64,000 bases of DNA, from the NCBI GenBank assembly GCA_947630185.1, contig CANRGT010000006.1, positions 6,186-70,185 of the forward strand, given 5' to 3'. The stretch is from an uncultured Clostridia bacterium. GTDB lineage: Bacteria; Bacillota; Clostridia; TANB77; CAG-508. This document shows positions 53,024 to 62,607 of this stretch, piece by piece. Made by a program: the position numbers and the translations under genes. Under the pieces are notes generated by a model. The model was not told where the DNA came from, made no database searches, and was given only the letters and a program-made list of their open reading frames with translations. How positions within the stretch are numbered: position 1 is the first letter of the stretch; each line of letters starts with the position of its first letter.

Positions 53024-53875
53024 ATGAAGCAAATTAGCAAAGGCAAAGTACGGGACATCTATGATTTAGGTGACAAGTTGGTTTTAGTAACTTCGGACAG
53101 AGTTTCTGCGTTCGATGTTGTTTTACCCAATACTGTTCCCTATAAAGGAGCTGTCCTAAACAGGCTATCTGCATTTTGGTTTGAATTCACTCGGGATATA
53201 ATTCCCAATCACATGATTTCTATCAAAAATGAAGATATGCCTAAAGAGTTCCAAAAAGCAAAGTTTGAAGACCGTTGCATGCTTGTTAAGAAGCTGAAAA
53301 TGCTTCCTATCGAATGCATCGTTCGTGGCTACATCACAGGATCAGGATGGGAAAGTTACAAGGAAACAGGATCTGTTTGTGGCATTAAATTGCCTGATGG
53401 ATTGCAAGAATCCGAAAAACTGCCCTTCCCAATTTACACACCCACAACGAAAGCTGTGGAAGGGCATGATGAACACATCTCATTCGAAGAAACTGTAAGA
53501 CTGCTTGGCGAAGACCTTGCCACTCAAGTAAGGGACAAGAGTATTGAAATTTACTCAACCTGTGCAGAATATGCAAAAACGAAAGGCATTATTATCGCAG
53601 ATACCAAATTCGAATTCGGCATTGACGAAAATGGCACTCTCGTTCTTGCAGATGAAGTTCTGACTCCTGACAGCAGTCGCTTCTGGCCTGCTGATGAGTA
53701 TGAGGTTGGGAAATCTCAAAAGAGCTATGATAAGCAGTACTTAAGAGACTGGCTTAAGAATAGCGGTTGGGATAAAACCCCTCCTGCTCCGGAAATTCCT
53801 GAGAAGGTCATAGCCTTTACTACTGACAAATACTTGGATGCTTTTGAAACTTTGACGAACATAGCTTTCTTCTAA
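53024..53875 (+). CDS. purC: phosphoribosylaminoimidazole-succinocarboxamide (SAICAR) synthase
   Basis: KGKVRDIY, SDRVSAFD, ECIVRGY, IADTKFEFG, DEVLTPDSSRFW, DKQYLRDWL; start re-assigned to ATG 53024 after AAAGGTGG. Confidence 0.96.
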   Translation: MKQISKGKVRDIYDLGDKLVLVTSDRVSAFDVVLPNTVPYKGAVLNRLSAFWFEFTRDIIPNHMISIKNEDMPKEFQKAKFEDRCMLVKKLKMLPIECIVRGYITGSGWESYKETGSVCGIKLPDGLQESEKLPFPIYTPTTKAVEGHDEHISFEETVRLLGEDLATQVRDKSIEIYSTCAEYAKTKGIIIADTKFEFGIDENGTLVLADEVLTPDSSRFWPADEYEVGKSQKSYDKQYLRDWLKNSGWDKTPPAPEIPEKVIAFTTDKYLDAFETLTNIAFF

Positions 53876-53895
53876 TTTCAGTATTTGTTTAAAAC

Positions 53896-53934
53896 AAAAA
53901 TCTCTGTCTTAATATTTTAAGACAGAGATTTTTT
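53896..53934. terminator. bidirectional terminator between purC and the tRNAs
   Basis: aaaaatctctgtcttaa-tatt-ttaagacagagattttt perfect stem. Confidence 0.8.
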
Positions 53935-53937
53935 ATT

Positions 53938-54012
53938 TGGAGGCGAGTATCGGAATCGAACCGATGAATCATGGTTTTGCAGACCAGTGCCTTACCGCTT
54001 GGCTAACTCGCC
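53938..54012 (-). tRNA. tRNA-Cys (GCA)
   Basis: GGCGAGT/ACTCGCC acceptor stem, anticodon loop CT-GCA-AA, GGTTCGATTCC, U73 discriminator, encoded CCA. Confidence 0.96.
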
Positions 54013-54057
54013 ATTTTATTATTTGTTACAAGAAAAAAGTTCTTATTAAACAAAAAA

Positions 54058-54133
54058 TGGAGCGGAAAACGGGGCTCAAACCCGCGACCTCTGCCTTGGC
54101 AAGGCAGCGCTCTATCAACTGAGCTATTTCCGC
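54058..54133 (-). tRNA. tRNA-Gly (GCC)
   Basis: GCGGAAA/TTTCCGC acceptor stem, CTGCC-TT-GCC-AA-GGCAG anticodon arm, encoded CCA. Confidence 0.96.
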
Positions 54134-54185
54134 ATATGCTTTTTTTATAAAAGCATATTTATAATAGCAAATTTTCTTTAAAAAG

Positions 54186-55640
54186 TCAAGGTACTAAACT
54201 TAAAAAATCTATAAAATAGTCAATTACTTCTTTTTTTGCTACTTCTTTTTGTACTGTAATATCTAATACTTCTATTGTTTCATCACCATTTATTACTTTA
54301 ACACTTCCTATTACTTTCCCCTCTTTAACAGGTGCTTCTAAATAATAAAGTGAATTTATTTCAATTCTAATATTATCTATTTCATCTTTTCTTAAGGCTA
54401 TTTGTTTACATTTAAGTTCACTCATATCAATACTTACATAATTACTTTTGCCTTTGTTTATATATATGCGTTTTTCATTTAATTGTTTCCACTTCTCAAA
54501 CTGCTCTTTTACTTTTTCTTCTAAATTTATTACTTCATAATTTTTATATGCATATTCAATTAATTTTATGCTATCTGATGTTCTAATTTTTTTAGTATCT
54601 GAGCCAAGCACTACTGTAATAATATCTAAATTCCCTCTTTTACATGCTGTTACTAAACATCTGCCTGCCCCATTTGTAAAACCAGTTTTTACGCCATATA
54701 CACCATCTAAATTTCCTAATAATTCATTTGTATTAGAAATTTGCTTTGAACTTCCATTTATAGTAACAGTATAATATTTAGTTGATACAATTTCTTTAAA
54801 TTTTGGTATATTTAGTGCATAATCTGCCATACACGCAAGCTCGTATGCTGTTGTATAATGTCCTTCTTGGTCTAGTCCATGTGGCGAAGTAAAGTGGCTA
54901 TTTAGTAACCCCATTTCTTTTGCTTTTGCATTCATTAAGTCACTAAAACCTTCTACACTTCCACCAATGTGCACAGCTAATGCTACTGCTGCATCATTTC
55001 CAGACTCTAGCAATAAGCCATATAATAAATCATGAACAGTAATTTTATCATTTAATTTTAAGCCTAATCTTGAACCACCAGTACCTGCTGCCTTTTTTTC
55101 AATTGTAACCACATCTTTTAAATTTGCATTTTCTAATACTACTATTGCAGTCATGATTTTAGTGGTACTTGCCATAGGTACTTGTTTTAGTCCATTTTTC
55201 TCATATAATATGGTTTTTGAATTTCTATCAAATATTAGTCCTATTCGTGCATTTTGCTTAGGAATCTCTATACTATTACTTGAAGTTTCTATTGCTGTAT
55301 TTTGTGAATTTTCTTGTGTTCCGTTTTGCAAATTTCCTTGTACTTCAGTTTGTATAATATTTTTTGTTTCATCTTGTAGTTCTGTTTGGATTTCATTTAA
55401 ATCTACTTGTTCATTATCTTCTAAGTCTGCATATTGTAAGTTTGCATACTCTAAGTCTGCATATTGTAAATCTGCATATTTTAGCTCTGCATATGAAATA
55501 TTATTAATGTTTACTATAACAAAAATAAGTAAAAATATCGTTACGCCAGATACAAATTTCTTCAATAGTAAATTTAATCTATTAAATGAAGCTTTTTTAT
55601 ATTTAGTATGTTTTATTAAACATTTTCTGTTTTTTACCAT
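54186..55640 (-). CDS. D-alanyl-D-alanine carboxypeptidase (peptidase S11, DacB/DacF-like)
   Basis: MASTTK SxxK, SGN, PHGLD, KTGFT; N-terminal YA(E/D/N)Lx tandem repeat. Confidence 0.92.
   Translation of the reverse strand: MVKNRKCLIKHTKYKKASFNRLNLLLKKFVSGVTIFLLIFVIVNINNISYAELKYADLQYADLEYANLQYADLEDNEQVDLNEIQTELQDETKNIIQTEVQGNLQNGTQENSQNTAIETSSNSIEIPKQNARIGLIFDRNSKTILYEKNGLKQVPMASTTKIMTAIVVLENANLKDVVTIEKKAAGTGGSRLGLKLNDKITVHDLLYGLLLESGNDAAVALAVHIGGSVEGFSDLMNAKAKEMGLLNSHFTSPHGLDQEGHYTTAYELACMADYALNIPKFKEIVSTKYYTVTINGSSKQISNTNELLGNLDGVYGVKTGFTNGAGRCLVTACKRGNLDIITVVLGSDTKKIRTSDSIKLIEYAYKNYEVINLEEKVKEQFEKWKQLNEKRIYINKGKSNYVSIDMSELKCKQIALRKDEIDNIRIEINSLYYLEAPVKEGKVIGSVKVINGDETIEVLDITVQKEVAKKEVIDYFIDFLSLVP
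55419..55493 (-). repeat. in-frame 15-bp tandem repeat x5 (YAELK/YADLQ/YADLE/YANLQ/YADLE)
   Basis: visible in both DNA and protein. Confidence 0.85.
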
Positions 55641-55729
55641 TAAAAAATCACCTTTTTAATTATATTTTAAAAAGTGATTTTTTATTCTTATTATTTTTCA
55701 TATACAATAATTGATAATCAATTAATCTA

Positions 55730-57085
55730 TTATCTTGGTCTTCTTCCAGCCTCAGCAAAATCCCATGGTCCCTTTTGGTTTTCTTCAGCTATCTCTTCAT
55801 GTACTTTTTTTATAGCCTCTTCTTCATTTTCAGCATCTGTATTTTCATATTTCTCTAAAAATTCTTCTGGGGAAACATGAGCTTTTTCAGCCTCATCTCT
55901 AATAGTAGTCGTTTCACCATTTTCTAATAAAATCTCTTCATCAAATCCTAATTGGTCATTATTAGGTGTATCATCAAGATTTTCTATTCTTGTTTTATCT
56001 CCTTCTTCATCTAATTTAGGATTTGCTTTATCTAATTCATCATCTACTCTTGTATTATAGTGCTTGTCCATAAAGTCTCTTACTTCTCTTGTAGTAGGTC
56101 TTATATTATGAGTTTCAATCGGTGCTGAAATATATGCTTCTCCCTTTTCCTCACTTAATTGTCTTCTTACATAACCCACGTTTATAATACCATATTGCCC
56201 TTGCTCTACAGAAAGGTATTCTTCTCCACCAATTCCACTTCTTCCATTTATTTTTACCATTCCTGCTACTTGCTCTTTTTCAACGACACTTCCATCATAG
56301 CTATTTATTGAAGTTACTTTTTGCCCTGTTGTCGTGCCATCTATATTTTCTAAACTTTGAATTTTTTCAATATTTCCATCTTTATTGATTCCTACAAAAC
56401 TAAATCTTCCTCCACTATTTATGTTTCCATTTGAATAAATGATGCCTATTTTCTCGATTCCCTTTTCTCTTATTTCTGGAATCATATCTGCAAGAGTTTC
56501 TGTTTGTGTCACCCTTACATTTGGATCTAACTCCTGTTTATTTGTAATTTTATCAAATGTAAGTTGTTGGTTGGTATCCATTTCAGAATAAGCTTCTACT
56601 TTTTCATCTTTTTCTAAACTTTTTTCTATTGATTCAAGAGTTGTTCCCTCTCTTCTCTCTTCTTCCTTTTCTTGAATTTTCTCTTTTTCTATTGAAATAT
56701 CTCTTTCTTCTACTTCTTCTGGTAACTCAAAATCTAAATCTTCTAAATTTAGTTCTTTAAAATATTCTCCATAATTACTTTTTAGTTTTTCTATATAATC
56801 TGGCATAAAGTGAAGCTTTCCATCAGCACTTACAGTTGCAATTAAGCCATTTGTACTTTCAGAATATATTCCATAGGTAGTACTGCCCTCTTCTAAATTT
56901 TGAACTCTGGCAACATAAACATTATAATCACCAACTCCGCTTCCTTTAAATTCAAAATCTTTATAGTAAGTAACTTTATCTACTTCTATTTTATCATCCT
57001 TTGCCTCTTGTTTAATTAGATCTACTAAATCTAACATCTTTTGTTCTTTTTCCTGCCTTATTTCTTTATCCATTTTAACCTCCAT
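55730..57085 (-). CDS. hypothetical acidic protein
   Basis: 451-aa ORF with no recognisable motif; the start may be 57073 (MDKE) after GGAGG. Confidence 0.75.
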   Translation of the reverse strand: MEVKMDKEIRQEKEQKMLDLVDLIKQEAKDDKIEVDKVTYYKDFEFKGSGVGDYNVYVARVQNLEEGSTTYGIYSESTNGLIATVSADGKLHFMPDYIEKLKSNYGEYFKELNLEDLDFELPEEVEERDISIEKEKIQEKEEERREGTTLESIEKSLEKDEKVEAYSEMDTNQQLTFDKITNKQELDPNVRVTQTETLADMIPEIREKGIEKIGIIYSNGNINSGGRFSFVGINKDGNIEKIQSLENIDGTTTGQKVTSINSYDGSVVEKEQVAGMVKINGRSGIGGEEYLSVEQGQYGIINVGYVRRQLSEEKGEAYISAPIETHNIRPTTREVRDFMDKHYNTRVDDELDKANPKLDEEGDKTRIENLDDTPNNDQLGFDEEILLENGETTTIRDEAEKAHVSPEEFLEKYENTDAENEEEAIKKVHEEIAEENQKGPWDFAEAGRRPR

Positions 57086-57178
57086 TTTGCCATTTAAATA
57101 GCACTATATACTTAATTTATATCTAATAAATTATTCTTCATTTTATATAACTATTTATTAAAAATATAACTATATTAA

Positions 57179-58555
57179 TTATTGTAGTCCAAATGACATT
57201 ATAAAATCTGTACCCTCACCTAGCCTCATTACAAAACTTCTTGTAATAGAGCTACTTGAAAGTCTGTCATTTGCATCTAGTATAGTAACATTCCATATAT
57301 AGTCTGTACCCTGTTTTACTGGAGTACTTGCTAATAGTTTATTTTGTTCATAGAAATTTTCCTTTGCATATTTTTCAAAATCTGCTAATGTTTTAAAATT
57401 ATTATTTCTATATGTTTCATCTAATTTGCTGTATGCATATTCATAGTCTTTATTGTTTATTGCATCAAAGAATTTTTGGATATTTAATAAAACTCTTTCT
57501 GTTTCTGTAGATTTTTGATAAGTAGCTGTAAACTCTGGCAAATCAATACTATAAGTGTCTAATATAACTGTATACTGCATTGGCGAAGTTATACGAAATA
57601 TATAATAACTTCCATAATCGTCAATACAAATACATTGTGTATAGTTTGCTTCTTTTTTTATTGAATATTCTTTTAATCCCTTTACTGTTAAATCATTTAG
57701 ATATTCATTATATTGTTCCTCAGTTGCAAAATCTGTTTGCTTCTTTATGCTGTATCTATCCATTGAAGTTAATTGTTCTTTTTTATTATTTAAGTATTGT
57801 TGATATTTAGATATATTTTCATATTTTTTACTTTTATATTCTTTATCTAACATATCATATGATTTTTGTATATTATGTACAGCATAATATACATAGTCTT
57901 CAAAATATTTTCTAGCCAAGTCCTCTTCATTTACTACTGATTGTACAAATTTATTATATTGTGTTCTTGTAATTTTGTTTTGTTCATCTTTCTTTGTTCC
58001 ATTTACAATAGCTTTGTATTCATTTTCTGTAATTGGCTCTAATGCCCATGATAATGTTTCTTGGTCAACATACACTATAAAGTATTTATTGGTTTCATTT
58101 CCATCTTGTAATAATATTCCTTCAGCATAATAAACTGTATACATATAACTTTCATTCAAGTATAGTTTTTTTAATTTAAATTCATAGCTATCAGTTTCAA
58201 TTTTATCAACCTTGTTTAATATATTTTCTTGTGTAATTTGGTTTTTGTTAATGTATTCTTGCGAATATAGTTCATATAATGCTTTTGAATTTTTAACTTT
58301 TAAGTATAAAATGTAATTTTTTAAATTACTTTCTACTGAAAAGAATGTGGAATCATTTGTTTCTAAAACAATATCCTTTTCAAGCTCATTAGACTCTGAT
58401 GTTTCATCTGGAATGTAATTATTCTCTTCAATTGCATTATTTATTGCATCTTTGTTTTGCAATATTATTACTAATGCAACTATAATTATAATAATAAAAA
58501 TTGTTAATATAATAATTAATTTTTTAATGTCCTTCACTTTTAAAAACTCCTCCAC
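57179..58555 (-). CDS. bitopic membrane protein with repeated NTF2-like (VirB8/TcpC-like) domains
   Basis: one N-terminal TM; three segments of the type F...IN.KDY..AY..LDE.Y. Confidence 0.6.
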   Translation of the reverse strand: MEEFLKVKDIKKLIIILTIFIIIIIVALVIILQNKDAINNAIEENNYIPDETSESNELEKDIVLETNDSTFFSVESNLKNYILYLKVKNSKALYELYSQEYINKNQITQENILNKVDKIETDSYEFKLKKLYLNESYMYTVYYAEGILLQDGNETNKYFIVYVDQETLSWALEPITENEYKAIVNGTKKDEQNKITRTQYNKFVQSVVNEEDLARKYFEDYVYYAVHNIQKSYDMLDKEYKSKKYENISKYQQYLNNKKEQLTSMDRYSIKKQTDFATEEQYNEYLNDLTVKGLKEYSIKKEANYTQCICIDDYGSYYIFRITSPMQYTVILDTYSIDLPEFTATYQKSTETERVLLNIQKFFDAINNKDYEYAYSKLDETYRNNNFKTLADFEKYAKENFYEQNKLLASTPVKQGTDYIWNVTILDANDRLSSSSITRSFVMRLGEGTDFIMSFGLQ

Positions 58556-58576
58556 ATTCTTTTTTATTAATTTCTT

Positions 58577-61500
58577 TTATTGTGATACTGTAATATAACA
58601 ACATAAAGATTTTAATACTTCATCTATATTAACCCATCCATTTGTTCTACTACCAGGATTTGAAACATAAACCTCACTTCCATTGTTACGTACGTCTAAT
58701 AATACCATCCAATGTTGTTCAGTAGTAAATGGATTATTTCCATTATATTTTGCTCCTAAAACATGAATTATTACAGCATCATGTTTCAAATGCTCTTGTA
58801 TTGCAGCTTTATCGCTTTCAAATGTAACACTATTTGATTCTCTTTCTTCACCTATTCTTACTCTATGGCTTCCTGGTAAAAATTCCTTTAGGCTACCATC
58901 TATAGAAACTTCATTTGGTCCTGCCCATTTATCTGGGGTATAATTGTAACCATATCCACTAGCAACTATCGCTAAGCAAGTTATACTACAGCCTTGATGT
59001 GCTATTGTACCACCTGCATATTCCATTGAAGACCATGGACCTGTTCCTTGTTTAAATTCTACGAAAGTTCTTCCTTGTGAATTTGTATATGTTCCATATT
59101 CTGAATTATCAATATCCACAATACCATTCGTATTAGGTGAATTCTGTGTTGATGTAAATATTTCAATTTCATGTGCTTGATTATTTGGATCTCTTGTAAT
59201 TTGTTTTTGTGGTGCATAACTATACATAGCTAATTGTTCTCGTGTATAATAAATATAATAGTTTCTACCAAATACTTTTCCAGCAGCTGATTGTGAAAAG
59301 TCATAAACACCTTTTACATAGGTTTCAAAGGATGCATCTCTTGCAGGAATATGCCCTGCCATTCCTCCTCCTAAATAACACCACCAATTATCCCATATAT
59401 ATCTATTTTGTTCCCAAGAATCTACTCCAAATGCAGCACCTTCTTCATATACTTGCTTAAATGTTTTTCCATTTCTTTCTGGTAAGTGTCCAAAGTTATG
59501 CGCTATAGCAGTTAATGCATATAATTGTTGTCTTGATAAATTAAGCCCTTGAGTATCATTTAAGACTTTATTATAAAATTTGTTAGCTACTTCACTACCT
59601 ATTGAATCTACTAATTCTTTTTCAATATAAATTTGCATAGCACGTATTTCATCATCTGAATATGTTGCTGAAGCTCCTCTACCTAAAATTCCATTAACAT
59701 ATTCTTCTACACTTTCTACCTGCATTTCTTGTTTACCATCATATACTCTACCTGGTACATTAAATTTTTCGTGATGAGATTTCCATTGAAGGTCTGCATT
59801 TCCTATAGTAGGCCATCCAGCACCATCTCCATACATCTGATAATACTGTCCATTTGCAGATTGAGGTGCTTCATTAGAATGGGCAAATTGCCTTAAATAT
59901 GTAGTTAAATCACTAGCAGCTGTTGCAGAATTAAATAGGTATCCATTAGATTCAAATATATTTGAATTTAATTCAGTTACCCCATAATCCTCACCAGTAT
60001 ATACATATAAAACATACCTCATAATATGCTCAACTGATTGTGTTCTTTCACTTCCTGAAAGCATATTAAGTAAAGTACCTGCACCATTAACAATTTTTCC
60101 TATTGGTGCTTGTTTTACAAAGGTTTCTGGTATTATAAATTCAGTACGAAGTAATTTTAAAATCTCATCTATTTTGTATCTAGGATCTCTTAAAATTCCT
60201 GGTACAAATGTTTCTACCTCTATTAACTTAGTTATAGTTTGTGTTCTATTTATTTCGTGAGATCTTGAATAAACTTCTGTTGTAGTTGTCGTTTTTGCAT
60301 TTTCATCATATACAGGTTGTCCGCTAGGCTCTTTTTGCCATTCGCTCCATGCTGTTGAAGATGGATTTAAAGATTTTGTATCTGGTCCTATTGTTACTGG
60401 GTCTAATTTTACTCTATTATATATATATTCTTGTTCAAGAAACCAAGTATTTACATAAGTAACTGCAACCATAGGCATTTTTTCTGTAACACTTATTTTA
60501 GTAATTTCTGGATCTGCATCAACAGGTTCACTTTTTGTAGGACCAAAAGATCCACTATCAATTACATTTCCGTCTTCATCAACAGTTGTATGACTACCAC
60601 GAGACTCTGTTTCTATTTGATAGTTAACTTCTGTTGTAGTTGTAGTTTTTGTAGTTGTAGTCATAACTGTAAGTTGAATCTCTGTATCTTTTAATATTCT
60701 TTCTGCTAGTCCCATTAAATCAGGGTTGTCCGAATAAGCTGCTACAAATTCTGGATTTTCTGTAATTATTGCTAAATCTAATAAAAATTCAACAGGAGTC
60801 ATATATTTCATTAAATCTTTTTTGTAATTTATTTCTTGTACTGTTATCTGAGTATCTAATATGTCTCCTGTTATCTCGTCTCTTGTAACAGTAGTGCTTG
60901 CTACGCATAACCTATCATATGGGTCATCTTCTGTTGGTTCCTTAATCGTAAAATATCTCATAATATGATTTGCATCTAATTGAAAAAAAGAATCATAATC
61001 AATATAGCATAATCTTTCTAGATTTTCTTTTTGGGTTGAATTTCTGTCATCTTTTACTCTTTGTACATATACTCTGCCATAATATTTTTCTGGATCTTCA
61101 GGATATAGCTGTGGGCCTGCACCTTCATCTCTAAAGCTTCTATTAATTTCTTTTGAAATTACCTCTGCTGCATATATCTTTTTTAAATATGCTTTTTTAC
61201 ATTCTTCAACTTCTTCATCCGACATATCTTTTTCTAGTTCTTTATATAAATGAAGCTTTTCCTTACTGGTTCCCATATCTTCTAATAATTTTTCCATGTC
61301 TTCTATTTGCTCATCTGTAATTTTTATTGCATACTTACTTGCACCTGTTTCATCTTTAGTATTTGCTTCATACTCTACAGGTCTACTTTCCATTGTAGCA
61401 CCTGTTTCTTTAGAGAATGAGTCTAATAGTGAATCCCAAAGTGCTGTAACAGCTAAAACAATTCCTGAACCAATTACTAGTACAAGAACCGGCTTTAATA

Positions 61501-61579
61501 AAGCTGCAACAACTGCTTTTATTGCAGCTTTTTTTACTGAAGTTTTTACTTTTTGTTCTATATTGCCTTTTAATCCCAT
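58577..61579 (-). CDS. membrane-anchored cell wall hydrolase with a GH24 lysozyme-like and a C39-like peptidase domain (VirB1-like)
   Basis: N-terminal TM; YGDGAGWPTIG and LSRQQLYALTAIAHNFG (lysozyme-like); KQ...W....Y...TIAHQGCSITCLA, HWMVL, VSNPG (C39-like). Confidence 0.65.
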   Translation of the reverse strand: MGLKGNIEQKVKTSVKKAAIKAVVAALLKPVLVLVIGSGIVLAVTALWDSLLDSFSKETGATMESRPVEYEANTKDETGASKYAIKITDEQIEDMEKLLEDMGTSKEKLHLYKELEKDMSDEEVEECKKAYLKKIYAAEVISKEINRSFRDEGAGPQLYPEDPEKYYGRVYVQRVKDDRNSTQKENLERLCYIDYDSFFQLDANHIMRYFTIKEPTEDDPYDRLCVASTTVTRDEITGDILDTQITVQEINYKKDLMKYMTPVEFLLDLAIITENPEFVAAYSDNPDLMGLAERILKDTEIQLTVMTTTTKTTTTTEVNYQIETESRGSHTTVDEDGNVIDSGSFGPTKSEPVDADPEITKISVTEKMPMVAVTYVNTWFLEQEYIYNRVKLDPVTIGPDTKSLNPSSTAWSEWQKEPSGQPVYDENAKTTTTTEVYSRSHEINRTQTITKLIEVETFVPGILRDPRYKIDEILKLLRTEFIIPETFVKQAPIGKIVNGAGTLLNMLSGSERTQSVEHIMRYVLYVYTGEDYGVTELNSNIFESNGYLFNSATAASDLTTYLRQFAHSNEAPQSANGQYYQMYGDGAGWPTIGNADLQWKSHHEKFNVPGRVYDGKQEMQVESVEEYVNGILGRGASATYSDDEIRAMQIYIEKELVDSIGSEVANKFYNKVLNDTQGLNLSRQQLYALTAIAHNFGHLPERNGKTFKQVYEEGAAFGVDSWEQNRYIWDNWWCYLGGGMAGHIPARDASFETYVKGVYDFSQSAAGKVFGRNYYIYYTREQLAMYSYAPQKQITRDPNNQAHEIEIFTSTQNSPNTNGIVDIDNSEYGTYTNSQGRTFVEFKQGTGPWSSMEYAGGTIAHQGCSITCLAIVASGYGYNYTPDKWAGPNEVSIDGSLKEFLPGSHRVRIGEERESNSVTFESDKAAIQEHLKHDAVIIHVLGAKYNGNNPFTTEQHWMVLLDVRNNGSEVYVSNPGSRTNGWVNIDEVLKSLCCYITVSQ

Positions 61580-61629
61580 ATAAAATATATTCCTTTCTTA
61601 GTCCGCTAAAAAATATGTGAGTATTTATT

Positions 61630-62595
61630 TTATAATTCTATCTCAAGTGTTTTAATTTGTGCTTCTTCTCCTCCTATGTATTCATCATAATTTACAACAA
61701 TATCTGAAAATTTAATAGCTTTAGATTCTTCCCTTTGCTCATTATACATTCTAGTAAATTTAATGCTTAAAACATTTTTTTCTTGTGGGTTTATAACTAT
61801 ACTATTTAAAGGTTGTTCATCAATGTTAGAAGTATATTCTACATTTTTTCCATCTACTAATACTACACCTTTAGTATTTTTTCTGGTGGATAATAATATC
61901 TTTTCATCAGTTTTATTGGTAAATTCTATATCATAAACTTCATAATCTATATAAACATTTTTTTTAGTAACTTTTGCAAAAATATCATCATTTTCTGCTG
62001 TTTTTTCTAATGTATTTGAATATAAGAATTGATTTATACTTAATTTTATTTCGTTATTTTTTTTAGTAAAATATACATAATCTTCAATAACTCCAGATTG
62101 ACTATAACCTCCTGATGATAATAAATCTCCATAATATGAAATTTGATAAATTGTGTCTCCATACATACTTACTTGTAATTTTGCAGTTCTCTTTTCATTA
62201 AAAACTAATTGGATATAGTTTGTATTAAAGTATTCTACTGTTGGAAATATTTCTTCCTTACATTCATCTGAAAGCATTTGATATGCTTCATCTATTTGTT
62301 TATTATTACAATATTCTACAAAGGTTTCTAAGGCTTTTTGTTCATCTGATAGTAAATCACTATTAGAAGAATAATTAATATTATTGTTTTTACTATTTTG
62401 CTGTATATTTGTACTTCCTACTGTATTTTCTTTAATGCTGTTTTTATTTTGAGCAGCTTCATTTTCATTATTTTTGTTTATTCTATATATTGCAACTATT
62501 GTTCTAAACACAATGAAGGAAAATACTATTATAGCAATAGCTGTTATTATATTTCTCCAATTTTGGTTAAGATTACGAAACCATTTATTAATCAT
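61630..62595 (-). CDS. bitopic membrane protein with an NTF2-like domain and a C-terminal Ig-like domain
   Basis: one TM; FVEYCNNKQIDEAYQMLSDECK resembles the segments in 57179-58555. Confidence 0.6.
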   Translation of the reverse strand: MINKWFRNLNQNWRNIITAIAIIVFSFIVFRTIVAIYRINKNNENEAAQNKNSIKENTVGSTNIQQNSKNNNINYSSNSDLLSDEQKALETFVEYCNNKQIDEAYQMLSDECKEEIFPTVEYFNTNYIQLVFNEKRTAKLQVSMYGDTIYQISYYGDLLSSGGYSQSGVIEDYVYFTKKNNEIKLSINQFLYSNTLEKTAENDDIFAKVTKKNVYIDYEVYDIEFTNKTDEKILLSTRKNTKGVVLVDGKNVEYTSNIDEQPLNSIVINPQEKNVLSIKFTRMYNEQREESKAIKFSDIVVNYDEYIGGEEAQIKTLEIEL

Positions 62596-62607
62596 ATAAT
62601 TCTCCTT

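Noticed and set aside
51839-54012. tRNA-Cys-targeted integrative element
   Set aside because: No duplicated tRNA 3' end (att) and no integrase found. Only the terminator-like hairpins resemble each other.
53937-54122. 61-aa ORF MEASIGIEPMNHGFADQ...
   Set aside because: It is the antisense reading of tRNA-Cys and tRNA-Gly.
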